Shown piece by piece: positions 47,320-57,721 of a stretch of DNA of 64,000 nt. Each line of letters begins with the position of its first letter. Positions within the stretch are counted from its first letter, which is position 1. A program made the translations under genes and the position numbers. This DNA comes from an uncultured Gammaproteobacteria bacterium (GTDB lineage Bacteria > Patescibacteriota > Patescibacteriia > Patescibacteriales > UBA12465). The stretch covers positions 772-64,771 of the forward strand of contig CAZPKN010000002.1 in assembly GCA_964587195.1 (NCBI GenBank), given 5' to 3'. Below the pieces are notes generated by a model. The model was given only the letters and a program-made list of their open reading frames with translations, had not been told where the DNA came from and ran no database searches.

Positions 47320-48471
47320 CTAAGCCCCTAATTTTTCAAGTTTCTTTTTTAGCTCAGGAATTATCATGGTGCTGGCTGTTTCTAAGTCTTGTTTTACTAT
47401 TGCAGTAGCTAATCGGCCATTCCCTTGGAAAGCATATTCCTTTAATATATCCAAGGCGTCGATATTTTTCAGAGAATATAAAATTAACTCAGTTTCACTA
47501 ATAGACTTTTCATAAAAGACGACTACTAGGCTGGCTCGCGGAATATTAATAATTAACTCGTCGACGACTTCATCGAGATCTTTTAAAGAGGCCTCGGCTT
47601 CTCGTAAATGCTTCGCGGTTAATTTTGACCAAATTAAACTTTCATTATTTTCAGCATGAAGATGGCTGAGAAACTTTCCCCAAAGCCTGAGCGTTTTAAT
47701 GTTACGAGAACGATAAAGATGAGTGATAATTTCTTCACGTCGCGCCTGATAGGCAATTAACTCAGAACTGGCTAGTAAAGTGCGTGGAGTTAGATTAGTA
47801 CTTTTAAAATTTTTAGTTTTTTGGATTATTCCGGTTAAGAGACAAGTCGCGACATCTCCGCTAAGTAATTCGGGGCGGTAATTTTTCAGAAGATAGAAGA
47901 CTATTTCTGAGAGAGCAACTGCATTCAAGTCAACAAAATTAATCTGGCCAAAGTCTTCGTTATTTGGCTGGTTATCAATATTTATAATCGGCGTCTTATA
48001 GAAAAACTCGATATTTTGATCATAAATAGCGCCTAGAGACTCTAATTCGTTTACTCCGATAGTAATGATTAAATCATATCGAAATTCCCCGGCGCGAGTA
48101 TTAACATCTTCCGCCTTAAACCAACCCTCGGATGGAGAAATAATAAAATCCAAACGATTGTTTTCAACAGCGTATTTTATTTGGCTAATTTTTGCTTGGC
48201 TAATATCAACAGAGACAATAAAGCGGCGCAAGTTGCTTAAAGATTTTTCAATTACAGTATAATTAGGCAAAAAAGAAAAAAGATTGTTTTCTTGGACGGT
48301 TTGTCCAGCGATAGAGACTGAGCGCCCCTCTTGTTTTAACAATGTCAAAAGAGCCAAGGCGGCAGCAATAGCGTCCCCGTCCTGGTTTTTAGAAAAAGCA
48401 ATCAAAATATTTTTAGATTTCTCAATTTGCTTGAAAATTTGCTGTTCCAGATTTAACATTTTAGTCACCAA
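47320..48471 (-). CDS. DHH/DHHA1-family (NrnA-like) protein with degenerate catalytic motifs
   Basis: Motif I DGDAIAA is present. DHH is replaced by DNQ (IINIDNQPNNEDFG). Motifs II and IV and the GGGH motif are also altered. Confidence 0.65.
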   Translation of the reverse strand: MVTKMLNLEQQIFKQIEKSKNILIAFSKNQDGDAIAAALALLTLLKQEGRSVSIAGQTVQENNLFSFLPNYTVIEKSLSNLRRFIVSVDISQAKISQIKYAVENNRLDFIISPSEGWFKAEDVNTRAGEFRYDLIITIGVNELESLGAIYDQNIEFFYKTPIINIDNQPNNEDFGQINFVDLNAVALSEIVFYLLKNYRPELLSGDVATCLLTGIIQKTKNFKSTNLTPRTLLASSELIAYQARREEIITHLYRSRNIKTLRLWGKFLSHLHAENNESLIWSKLTAKHLREAEASLKDLDEVVDELIINIPRASLVVVFYEKSISETELILYSLKNIDALDILKEYAFQGNGRLATAIVKQDLETASTMIIPELKKKLEKLGA

Positions 48472-48544
48472 AAAAAGTTGTTTAAGCGATAGGCTAACTA
48501 ATAAATATAGCGCTGTTTTTAGGTAAAGTCAAGCCGCTTATGGT

Positions 48545-48573
48545 TTGACTTAGGGCGGTTTTTTTGGTAATTT
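48545..48573 (+). promoter_or_regulatory. valS promoter, TTGACT-17-TAATTT, ending 6 nt before the ATG
   Basis: TTGACT at 48545-48550, TAATTT at 48568-48573, ATG at 48580. Confidence 0.5.
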
Positions 48574-48579
48574 TAAGTT

Positions 48580-51192
48580 ATGAAAAATGAATTAGACAAA
48601 GTTTATAATCCCGGAGAACATGAGGACAACACCTATCGTCTTTGGGAAGAATCAGGGTTTTTTAATCCTGATAATTTAAATTGCGCGCCAGAGGCGCCAA
48701 CGTATACCATAGTTCTCCCTCCTCCAAATATTACCGATAAACTCCATATCGGCCATAGCTGTATGCTAGCAGTCGAAGACTTGCTAATCCGTTATCGTCG
48801 TATGGCTGGCTTTAGGACTTTATGGATTCCGGGGACTGATCATGCCGCCATTGCTACTCAAATGGTCGTTGAAAAGCGTATTTTTAAAGAAACTGGCCAA
48901 ACCAGACATGATTTAGGAAAGGAGCGCCTGTTAGAGGAAGTTTGGAATTTTTTAAGAAGTACTCAAAAAACCATTCTTCATCAGACCAGAAAGATGGGGT
49001 CTTCTTTGGACTGGTCCAGAGAAGCCTTTACTCTTGATGATCAGAGACGGCGCGCCGTTAACCGTCTATTTGTTGACATGTATAACGAAGGGATTATTTA
49101 TCGCGGCGAAAGAATTGTTAATTGGTGCCCGCATTGCCATTCGACCTTAGCTGACGATGAAGTTGAGTATAAAGAACAAAATGCTAAGTTATATACGTTT
49201 AAATATAGCCCAGATTTCCCGATGGCCATTTCAACTACTCGCCCAGAGACCAAGCTAGGCGATACTGCCGTGGCTGTTAATCCTAAAGATGAGCGCTATA
49301 AAAAATATATTGGCCAAGAATTTTCTGTTAATTTTTGCGGGCAAGATTTAAAAATAAAAATAATTGGTGATAGAAACGTCGAAATGGAATTTGGAACAGG
49401 CGCCTTAGGCGTTACCCCGGCTCATTCTATGATTGATTGGCAGATGGCGCAGACTAATAATTTAGAAATTATTAAAGTTATTGATGAGAATGCGCTAATC
49501 AGGCCAGGCTTTGGTCGGTATTCCGGTTTAAAAGCCTCTGAAGCTCGTGAATTAATTGTTGAAGAATTACGTAATCAAGGATTAATGGTGTCTGAAGAAG
49601 ACTTAGTTAATAATCTATCGATTTGTTATCGTTGTGATACTCCGGTTGAACCTTTGCCATCCAAACAATGGTTTGTTTCTGTTGATAAAAAACTAGACAG
49701 ATTAGGCGGCCAGTCTCTTAAGGAAAAAGCGATTACGGTTGCTAAGGAAGGGGCGATAGAATTTATTCCTGATCGTTTTGGTAAGCGCTATCTGCATTGG
49801 ATGGAAAATTTGCATGATTGGTGTATATCAAGACAGATTTGGTTCGGCCATAGTATCCCAGTTTGGTATAAAGACGAAGAAGTGTATTGCGGAGAAGTCG
49901 CGCCAGAAGGGACCGGCTGGAAGCAAGATGAGGATACACTCGATACTTGGTTTTCTTCAGGGATGTGGACATTTTCGACATTAGGCTGGCCCAATACTTA
50001 TCAAAACGGCGTAAAAAGCGGCGATTTAGCCCGTTTTCACCCAACACAAGCTCTTGATACTGGTCATGAAATTTTAACTCTCTGGGTTTCACGCATGGTT
50101 ATGATGTCTTTTTTTGCACTAGGCGAAATTCCTTTTGAAAAAGTTTATCTACACGGAACTATTGTCGATATGAAAGGAAAGAAAATGAGTAAAAGCAAGG
50201 GAAACGGCATCGATCCTTTAGAGGTTATCGAAAAATACGGAACAGATTCTTTAAGGCTGTCGTTATTGATGGGAGCAACTCCGGGAAATGATAATCGTTA
50301 TAGTGAGGAGAAGAACGAATCAAAAAGAAATTTAGTAAATAAAATTTGGAACATCTCACGCTTTATCTTAAATGAAGTTGATGAAAAAGCTTTGGCTACC
50401 CCTAAAGACATTGCGCCAGAGTTAAAAACCCTAGCTGATAAATGGATAGTCGGCGAGCTGGAAGCAACCATTAGTGGCGTAACCAGCCGCTTAGATAGTT
50501 ATGAATTTTCTTTGGCCGCCGAAGAGCTAACTGATTTTACTTGGAATAAGCTAGCGGATTGGTATTTGGAAATATCCAAAGTTGAAAAGGGTAAAGATGA
50601 AATATTAGTTTATATCTTAAAAAATCTACTTTCCCTCTGGCATCCCTTTATTCCTTTTGTAACTGAAGCGATTTGGCAAAGTTTCAACACGGATTTATTA
50701 ATGGTTAGTGCTTGGCCGAAAGCTCCTGGAGCCGAATCAGTCGCGGCAGAGTTTGAAATTATCAAAAAAGTCATTATCGAAATACGCAATGCCCGCAGCC
50801 AGAATAAACTTGAGCCATCACGTCGAATAAAAGCGGTTATTTATTCTCCTCGAGATTTTCAGTTGATTAATGATAACCAAGAAATTATTAAAAGATTAAA
50901 AACTGGCGTAGAAGAAATAACTGTTCTTGAAAAAGGTGATGAGCCAGCCAAGGCTATTATTGTTCCTTTAGGAGAGCTAACTATTTGTTTATTAGGGGCG
51001 ATTGATGAAGAAAAGGAAAAAGAACGTCTTTTAAAAGAAAAGATTAATTTAGAAAAATTAATTTCTTCTCAAGAGGCTAAATTAGCCAATCAGGATTTTA
51101 TTGGGCGAGCCCCGGCTAATATAGTAGCTGCCGAACAAGACAAGCTTGCTAATTATCGTCGCGAATTAGAAAAAATAAACAGCATTAACTAA
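48580..51192 (+). CDS. valS: valine--tRNA ligase
   Basis: HIGH region (LHIGH), KMSKS, and a C-terminal coiled coil. Confidence 0.95.
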   Translation: MKNELDKVYNPGEHEDNTYRLWEESGFFNPDNLNCAPEAPTYTIVLPPPNITDKLHIGHSCMLAVEDLLIRYRRMAGFRTLWIPGTDHAAIATQMVVEKRIFKETGQTRHDLGKERLLEEVWNFLRSTQKTILHQTRKMGSSLDWSREAFTLDDQRRRAVNRLFVDMYNEGIIYRGERIVNWCPHCHSTLADDEVEYKEQNAKLYTFKYSPDFPMAISTTRPETKLGDTAVAVNPKDERYKKYIGQEFSVNFCGQDLKIKIIGDRNVEMEFGTGALGVTPAHSMIDWQMAQTNNLEIIKVIDENALIRPGFGRYSGLKASEARELIVEELRNQGLMVSEEDLVNNLSICYRCDTPVEPLPSKQWFVSVDKKLDRLGGQSLKEKAITVAKEGAIEFIPDRFGKRYLHWMENLHDWCISRQIWFGHSIPVWYKDEEVYCGEVAPEGTGWKQDEDTLDTWFSSGMWTFSTLGWPNTYQNGVKSGDLARFHPTQALDTGHEILTLWVSRMVMMSFFALGEIPFEKVYLHGTIVDMKGKKMSKSKGNGIDPLEVIEKYGTDSLRLSLLMGATPGNDNRYSEEKNESKRNLVNKIWNISRFILNEVDEKALATPKDIAPELKTLADKWIVGELEATISGVTSRLDSYEFSLAAEELTDFTWNKLADWYLEISKVEKGKDEILVYILKNLLSLWHPFIPFVTEAIWQSFNTDLLMVSAWPKAPGAESVAAEFEIIKKVIIEIRNARSQNKLEPSRRIKAVIYSPRDFQLINDNQEIIKRLKTGVEEITVLEKGDEPAKAIIVPLGELTICLLGAIDEEKEKERLLKEKINLEKLISSQEAKLANQDFIGRAPANIVAAEQDKLANYRRELEKINSIN

Positions 51193-51197
51193 GAATT

Positions 51198-51581
51198 ATG
51201 ACTCTTAAAAACTATCTCTTTGTCATGGGTGCGCTTACAGCGGTTTGCTGGGGGATTTTCTTTTTTACCGCCTCCCTAATAGACCCGACTATCACTAATT
51301 GGTTTGGATTATCTTTATTTTATCTAGCGCTTTTCTTAGCTCTTTCAGGAACGATTGCTATTTTTGGTTTTGTTTTTAGATTTTTCGCTTTAAAAAAAGA
51401 ATTAGCTTTTAATCTAGTAAAGAAATCTTTTCATCAATCATTCGTTTTTTCTCTGTTTATTGTTATTTTATTGGTACTAAAATCTAATGGGTTATTTAAT
51501 TGGCTGAATCTGGCCTTATTAATTATAATTTTTATTGTCGGAGAATTATTTTTTACTGGTTATAGAAAAACACGCGGCTAG
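51198..51581 (+). CDS. hypothetical 4-TM membrane protein
   Basis: Hydrophobic helices only. Confidence 0.45.
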   Translation: MTLKNYLFVMGALTAVCWGIFFFTASLIDPTITNWFGLSLFYLALFLALSGTIAIFGFVFRFFALKKELAFNLVKKSFHQSFVFSLFIVILLVLKSNGLFNWLNLALLIIIFIVGELFFTGYRKTRG

Positions 51582-51593
51582 TTATATAAATAT

Positions 51594-52622
51594 ATGAAAA
51601 ATAAAATAGAAAAACTAAAAGAAGAGGTTTTGCGTCAATTAGCAGAAGTTAAAGACGACAATCGCTTGCGAGAAATAGAACTGCGCTATTTATCACGTAA
51701 GGGAGAGTTTAATGAGATAATGCATAGCCTTAAAGATTTAAGCTTAGAATTAAAAAGAGACTTAGGGGAACTAGCTAATTCGGCCAAGAAAGAGATTCAA
51801 GCTCGCTTTCAAGAAGTAAAAGCGCGTTTTGATAATAATCAAAATGAACAAGGCATGGTTGATGTTACTTTGCCCGGCGAAAAATTTCCGCATGGCCATT
51901 TACATCCGTTAACAATGGTTCAAAATGAATTAGAAGATATTTTTACTTCCCTCGGATTTATTGTTGGCGACGGTCCAGAGTTAGAAAGCGATTATTATAA
52001 TTTTACCGCTTTAAATGTTGATCCTTTGCACCCAGCCCGCGACATGCAAGATACTTTTTATATTGATTTAAAAAATAAAGATGGCCAGCATGATTTGTTA
52101 ATGCGGACTCAAACTTCCCCGGTCCAGATTAGATTAATGAAAAAATATGGCGCGCCCTTAAAAGCGATTATCCCCGGCCGCTGTTTCCGCAACGAAGCAA
52201 CCGATGCTCGCCATGAACATACTTTTTATCAGTTCGAAGGTTTAATGATAGGGGAAAATATTAATTTTGCTAATTTAAAGAGTTTATTAGAATTAGTTGG
52301 TAAAAAACTATTTGGCGAGAATACTCAACTGAGAATGCGTCCGAAATTTTTTCCTTTTGTTGAACCGGGAAATAATGGCGAATATACTTGTTTCTTGTGC
52401 CAAGGAAAAGGGTGTCGAGTCTGTAAATATACGGGCTGGTTAGAAATAGTCGGCGCTGGTTTAGTTCATCCCGATGTTTTACGGGCCGGCGGGATTGACC
52501 CAGAAAAATATTCTGGCCTCGCCTTCGGTTTCGGGCTTAGTCGTTTAGTGATGTTAAAATATAATATTACCGATGTCCGTTTTTTTAACAGCGGCGATTT
52601 AAAATTTCTAGAACAATTTTAA
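51594..52622 (+). CDS. pheS: phenylalanine--tRNA ligase alpha subunit
   Basis: Class II motif 2 FRNEATDARHEHTFYQFEG. Confidence 0.95.
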   Translation: MKNKIEKLKEEVLRQLAEVKDDNRLREIELRYLSRKGEFNEIMHSLKDLSLELKRDLGELANSAKKEIQARFQEVKARFDNNQNEQGMVDVTLPGEKFPHGHLHPLTMVQNELEDIFTSLGFIVGDGPELESDYYNFTALNVDPLHPARDMQDTFYIDLKNKDGQHDLLMRTQTSPVQIRLMKKYGAPLKAIIPGRCFRNEATDARHEHTFYQFEGLMIGENINFANLKSLLELVGKKLFGENTQLRMRPKFFPFVEPGNNGEYTCFLCQGKGCRVCKYTGWLEIVGAGLVHPDVLRAGGIDPEKYSGLAFGFGLSRLVMLKYNITDVRFFNSGDLKFLEQF

Positions 52623-52626
52623 TTAT

Positions 52627-55056
52627 ATGTATATTTCTCTTAATTGGCTGAAAGATTTTATAAATGTTCCAAGTAAAATAACTCCAGCGGATATTGCTCA
52701 AAAATTGACCGCTCATACCGCCGAAGTTGAAGGTTTCATTGATCAAAGCAAACAATTCGATAAGGTTGTGGTTGGGAAAGTCTTGGAGGTTAAAAAACAC
52801 CCCAACGCCGATCGTTTGCGCTTAGCTTTGGTTGACGTTAAAACAGAAAAGTTAGCGATTGTCTGCGGGGCGCCTAATTTAGCAGAAGGGCAATTAGTCC
52901 CGGTTGCTCTTGTCGGGGCAATCTTACCGGGAGGATTAGAGATTAAAGAGTCGGAAATCAGAGGCGAAAAATCATCTGGCATGATTTGTGCTGAGGACGA
53001 GCTTGGCTTAGGCAAAAATCATGAAGGAATTATTGTTCTCAAAAGCACTGCTAAAGTCGGCGAAAGTTTTGCTAAATATTTAAAAGTCGACGACACGATT
53101 TTCGAGCTTGATAATAAGTCTTTATCTAATCGTCCCGATTTACTTAATCACTACGGGATAGCCCGTGAACTAGGAGTAACGCTTAATTTAGCCTTGAAAC
53201 CATATAATAAATTTATTGATAAAACGATTCAGTTCCCGGTTGATAAAAAAAGCGAGTTGAATGTTAAGGTTGAAGATAAAGATGCCTGCCCGCGGTACAT
53301 GGCTGTAAAAATAGATAATATAGAGATAAAGGAATCACCGGCCTGGCTTAAAGATCGTTTAATTGCGGTTAATCAAAAACCAATTAATAATATTGTCGAT
53401 TTAACGAATTATATTCTATTAGATTTAGGCCAACCTCTACATGCTTTTTGCGCTGATAAGGTAAAAAAGATTGTGGTTCGTTTCGCCCGTAATGGCGAGC
53501 GCCTAGAAACTTTAGACGAGAAAGAACGTATTTTAAATTCTGAGGACTTATTAATTACTGACGGAGAAAAGCCATTAGCTATTGCCGGGATTATGGGCGG
53601 AAAAGATAGTGGAGTGACCCTGGAGACTACTAGTATTATTTTAGAAGCAGCTAATTTCAGTGCTCCTTTTATTAGAAAAACTTCTCAGAAGTTAGGCTTA
53701 AGAACGGAATCTTCAACTCGTTACGAAAAAGCGCTTGACCCATTATTAACCGAGGAGGCTTTGTTTAGATTTATTAATCTATTATTTAAAATGCTTCCTA
53801 AGGCGATAATTAGCAGTCCCTTAACTGATATAAATCAGATTAAACCGGTAAGTAAAGAAATTATATTAGACTTAGACTGGCTGGATAAGAAAATCGGGCA
53901 AGTTATTCCGGAAGAACAAGTTTTGGGTAATTTAGAAAAGCTAGGCTTTGTGGTTAATCGTGTGTCCGACAGACAGCTGAATGTTTTAGTTCCCTCTTGG
54001 CGCGCGACTCGCGACATTTCTATTAAAGAAGATTTAGCAGAAGAAATTTTAAGGATTTACGGTTATGACAATATAACTTCCCAGCTTCCAGTGGAAATGC
54101 TCGCCTGCCCAGAGATTAACCAAGAGCGTTTATTAGAGCGGAGAATTAAGACTTTCTTGGCGCTCAGGCATTCTTTAAGCGAGGCTTATAATTATTCTTT
54201 TGTCGGGGAGGATCAGTTAAAAAAACTGAATATCGATTTTTTTAAGCATCTCCGTCTAGCTAATCCCGCTTCTGATGTGCATACGATGTTAAGACAGTCA
54301 TTAGTTCCTAATCTAGTTAATAATGTTAAAGCCAACCAGGCGAAAGCTGACGATTTTGGCTTATTTGAGATTGGCAGCGTTTTCTTCAACGCTCCGGGCA
54401 GCTTACCTAAAGAGGCCTCGGGCGATGAAACAATTCCTTATCAAGAAAAACATTTAGGGATGGTTTTAGCCGGAGAAGATAAAAATATTTTCCGGCGCGC
54501 TAAAGGGATTATTATTAGTTTACTGGAACATGTTTTAGGGTATGATTTAGAGTCAGAGTTTTTAGAAGTTTTAGAGGCGCCGGGCTGGGTTAATAAGCAG
54601 GAAGCGGCGAGAATTATTGTTGCCGGCCAAGAGATAGGAATAATCGGACGCCTAGATAAAATAGCAGCTAGTAATGTTAATTTAAAAAAGCAAGTTGTTT
54701 TAGCAGAAATCAATTTTCAAAATTTATTTTTATTAGCCACGGGATTAAATAAAGGTAAATTTAAGGAACTGGCTAAATATCCAGCAGTCAGCCGCGACTT
54801 AGCTTTTGTTCTTGATAAAAAAATATTGTATAATGATGTTAGAGCGGAAATTACTAAGTTTGACGCTTTAATTAAACAAGTTGAACTGTTTGATGTTTAT
54901 AGCGGCGATAAGCTTCCCGATAATGAAAAGAGCCTAGCCTTCCATTTAACTTTTCAGTCTGCTGACAGAACTTTAGTAGCTGAAGAAGTCGAAACTCTCA
55001 TTAACGGATTGTTAAAACATCTCCAAGCTAAATTTGAAGCACGCTTAAGAGAATAG
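52627..55056 (+). CDS. pheT: phenylalanine--tRNA ligase beta subunit
   Basis: tRNA-binding domain KHPNADRLRLALVD, collinear B3/4, B5 and FDX-ACB regions. It follows pheS. Confidence 0.95.
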   Translation: MYISLNWLKDFINVPSKITPADIAQKLTAHTAEVEGFIDQSKQFDKVVVGKVLEVKKHPNADRLRLALVDVKTEKLAIVCGAPNLAEGQLVPVALVGAILPGGLEIKESEIRGEKSSGMICAEDELGLGKNHEGIIVLKSTAKVGESFAKYLKVDDTIFELDNKSLSNRPDLLNHYGIARELGVTLNLALKPYNKFIDKTIQFPVDKKSELNVKVEDKDACPRYMAVKIDNIEIKESPAWLKDRLIAVNQKPINNIVDLTNYILLDLGQPLHAFCADKVKKIVVRFARNGERLETLDEKERILNSEDLLITDGEKPLAIAGIMGGKDSGVTLETTSIILEAANFSAPFIRKTSQKLGLRTESSTRYEKALDPLLTEEALFRFINLLFKMLPKAIISSPLTDINQIKPVSKEIILDLDWLDKKIGQVIPEEQVLGNLEKLGFVVNRVSDRQLNVLVPSWRATRDISIKEDLAEEILRIYGYDNITSQLPVEMLACPEINQERLLERRIKTFLALRHSLSEAYNYSFVGEDQLKKLNIDFFKHLRLANPASDVHTMLRQSLVPNLVNNVKANQAKADDFGLFEIGSVFFNAPGSLPKEASGDETIPYQEKHLGMVLAGEDKNIFRRAKGIIISLLEHVLGYDLESEFLEVLEAPGWVNKQEAARIIVAGQEIGIIGRLDKIAASNVNLKKQVVLAEINFQNLFLLATGLNKGKFKELAKYPAVSRDLAFVLDKKILYNDVRAEITKFDALIKQVELFDVYSGDKLPDNEKSLAFHLTFQSADRTLVAEEVETLINGLLKHLQAKFEARLRE

Positions 55057-55079
55057 TTAATTATTATTAACATAAAAAT

Positions 55080-55382
55080 ATGTTTTCTACATCAGCTGAT
55101 ATTTTAAATTTAATTATTGCCGTTTGCGTCCTATTTTTAACAATTTTTATCTGCATTATCTTGTATAATTTGATTGCTAGCTTGCGCCGTTTGAACAAGA
55201 TTACTAAGATTATTGAAACGGGGGTTGTTAAGGTAGAAGAGGTAATTAATCTAGCTAAAGAGAAACTACGTAATAGCTCGGCCTACTTCATGATACTGGC
55301 TGAAGTAGCTAAAAAAGCAATGGAATTTGTAAAAGATAAAAGAGAGTCTTCTCAGGAATCGAAAAAGAAGAAAAAAAAGTAA
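55080..55382 (+). CDS. hypothetical N-terminally anchored helical protein
   Basis: One TM helix followed by a charged helix. Confidence 0.45.
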   Translation: MFSTSADILNLIIAVCVLFLTIFICIILYNLIASLRRLNKITKIIETGVVKVEEVINLAKEKLRNSSAYFMILAEVAKKAMEFVKDKRESSQESKKKKKK

Positions 55383-55398
55383 ACAATACTTTAGATAC

Positions 55399-55427
55399 CA
55401 AAAAACCGGTTTAATCCGGTTTTTTTG
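55399..55427. terminator. bidirectional terminator
   Basis: Stem accgg/ccggt, flanked by A6 and T7 runs. Confidence 0.7.
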
Positions 55428-55441
55428 TTAGGTATACATTA

Positions 55442-57712
55442 CTATTTTTTTGATGATGAGCGCGGTTTTTTAGTTGCTCCTTTTTTCTCACTATAGCCAC
55501 ATTCTTTATTACTACATTTAATCTGGCCAGATTTTGTTTCCTTAATCATTAATCCGCCGCATTCTGGGCAATCCTGTCCAGTCGGTTCGCCCCAATAAGC
55601 ATTTTTACATTTAGGATAGTTATTGCAAGCCCAAAAAGCCCCGCGTTTGCTAAATTTTTTAACTATTTTTCCTTCGCCGCAGACTGGGCAGGAAACTTCA
55701 GGACCGCTACCAGCTTCAGTGATATTCTTAATGTTCTTACATTTCGGGTAGCCGGAACAAGCTAAAAATGGTCCGAATTTTCCCAGGCGAACAACCATAG
55801 CTGAGCCGCATTTTTCACAAGTCTCGCCTTCATATTTTTTTTGCATTTCGGCGATTTTGGGGTCCATTTCTTTTTTTACAGCGCCACCTTCTCCCTGAAA
55901 TTTTTTAATGTTTTTACAATCAGGGTAGCCGGAGCAAGCTAAGAATTTTCCAAATCGGCCGGTTTTAATTATCATTGGCGAGCCGCATTTATCACAAACC
56001 TCTGTTGATTTTTCTTCTGGCATAATATCGCTTTTTTTAATTTCTTCTTCCTTATTTTTTAAATTAGCATGAAAGTCTTCATAAAAATCTTTTATGACGG
56101 GGCGCCATTTTTTCTCGCCGATAGCAATACTATCCAAATCATCTTCTAGTTTAGCCGTAAAATCATAATCAACTATTTTAGGGAAATGATTAATTAATAA
56201 ATCGGTAACGACAAAAGCAATAGCGGTCGGTTTTAACTTTTTATTTTCATCGCGCTCAACATAATTTCTGACAATAATTGTATTAATAGTCGGGGCATAA
56301 GTAGAAGGTCGGCCGATACCATGTTTTTCCATATCCTTGACTAAGCCAGCATCAGAATATCGAGCGGGAGGATTGGTAAAATGTTCGTCGGCCGCCAGGC
56401 CAATTAAATCTAAATCATCTCCTTTAGAAACAGTCGGCAGTAGCTGTTCTTTGGTTTTTTCCGGCCAAATCTTTAAGTAGCCCTCAAATAATAATGATTG
56501 TCCGCTGGCCCTAAAGATATATTCTTCTTTGTCTAATGATGTTAAGGTGTCGATAGTTGTGGCGGCTAATTTAGCGGCCGTCATTTGGCTAGCAACTGCT
56601 CTTTGCCAGATTAAGCGGTAAAGCCGTTCCTGATTCCTGTCTAGTTTGTCAGCAATCTTGTCGGGAGTATTAATAACTTCAGTCGGACGGACAGCCTCAT
56701 GGGCTTCTTGGGCATTTTTGCTTTTTCCCTTAAAAACACGACCGCCAGAATAAGCATATTCTTTACCTAAGTTATTAGTTAACCAGTCGTTAGCTTCTTG
56801 AATAAATTTAGGAGATAAGTTCAAAGAATCGGTTCTCATGTAGGTTATAAAACCGAGTTCGTATAATTTTTGAGCGACCGTCATTGTTTGTTTAGCGCTA
56901 AAACCGAGATGACGGTTAGCGGCTTGCTGAAGGGTTGAAGTTGTAAACGGAGCATTGGGATTTTTAGAAACATCCTTTTTTTCTAGAGCAAAGACTTTAT
57001 AGGCTGAGGTCTTTAACTTTTCTTTTAAATCGCTAGCCAAATTTTTAGTAATGGTTAATTTTCCAAAAGTCTTACCATTTATCTTATAAAGATCAGCAGA
57101 AAACCGTTCCTTTGTTTTTTGAGTTGATAAATTAGCCGTTAAAGTCCAATATTCGTCAACTTTAAAAGCTTGGATTTCTCTTTCTCTTTCAACGATTAAT
57201 CTAGTCGCGACGCTTTGCACGCGGCCAGCCGACAATCCTTTAGCGACTTTTTTCCACAGAAATGGTGATAATTCGTAGCCGACTAATCTATCTAAAACGC
57301 GACGCGCCTGTTGAGCGTCAACCATATTATTATCAAGACGGCGTGGACTAGCTAGCGCTCCTAAAATGGCCTCTTTAGTGATTTCATGAAAGACAATTCG
57401 TTTGGTTTTTTCTGCCTCAAGGCCCAAGGCCTCTATTAAATGCCAGGCAATCGCCTCTCCTTCTCGGTCTTCATCAGAGGCGAGAATAACTTCAGTTGAT
57501 TTTTTAGCGGCGGCCTTTAAACTAGCCACGGTTTTCTTTGCCTTTTCGGGGATTAAATAGGTCGGCTCAAAATCAGCCTTAACATCAACCCCTAGCTTGC
57601 TGGCTGGCAAATCGCGAATATGACCGAATGATGATTCGACCTTATAGTCTTTATTTAAAAATTTGGCGATTGTTTTAGCTTTAGTCGGAGACTCGACAAT
57701 AATTAAATTCAT
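55442..57712 (-). CDS. topA: DNA topoisomerase I
   Basis: Toprim N-terminus LIIVESPTKAKTI, active-site Tyr region ITYMRTDS, and four C-terminal C4 zinc ribbons. Confidence 0.95.
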   Translation of the reverse strand: MNLIIVESPTKAKTIAKFLNKDYKVESSFGHIRDLPASKLGVDVKADFEPTYLIPEKAKKTVASLKAAAKKSTEVILASDEDREGEAIAWHLIEALGLEAEKTKRIVFHEITKEAILGALASPRRLDNNMVDAQQARRVLDRLVGYELSPFLWKKVAKGLSAGRVQSVATRLIVEREREIQAFKVDEYWTLTANLSTQKTKERFSADLYKINGKTFGKLTITKNLASDLKEKLKTSAYKVFALEKKDVSKNPNAPFTTSTLQQAANRHLGFSAKQTMTVAQKLYELGFITYMRTDSLNLSPKFIQEANDWLTNNLGKEYAYSGGRVFKGKSKNAQEAHEAVRPTEVINTPDKIADKLDRNQERLYRLIWQRAVASQMTAAKLAATTIDTLTSLDKEEYIFRASGQSLLFEGYLKIWPEKTKEQLLPTVSKGDDLDLIGLAADEHFTNPPARYSDAGLVKDMEKHGIGRPSTYAPTINTIIVRNYVERDENKKLKPTAIAFVVTDLLINHFPKIVDYDFTAKLEDDLDSIAIGEKKWRPVIKDFYEDFHANLKNKEEEIKKSDIMPEEKSTEVCDKCGSPMIIKTGRFGKFLACSGYPDCKNIKKFQGEGGAVKKEMDPKIAEMQKKYEGETCEKCGSAMVVRLGKFGPFLACSGYPKCKNIKNITEAGSGPEVSCPVCGEGKIVKKFSKRGAFWACNNYPKCKNAYWGEPTGQDCPECGGLMIKETKSGQIKCSNKECGYSEKKGATKKPRSSSKK

Positions 57713-57721
57713 AACTTAATT

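Noticed and set aside
48472-48579. T-box or other riboswitch leaders upstream of valS, pheS and trpS (62866-62990).
   Set aside because: The distance between the promoter elements and the start codons is only 0-25 nt, which is far too short for a T-box or riboswitch. No specifier or terminator-antiterminator structure is visible.
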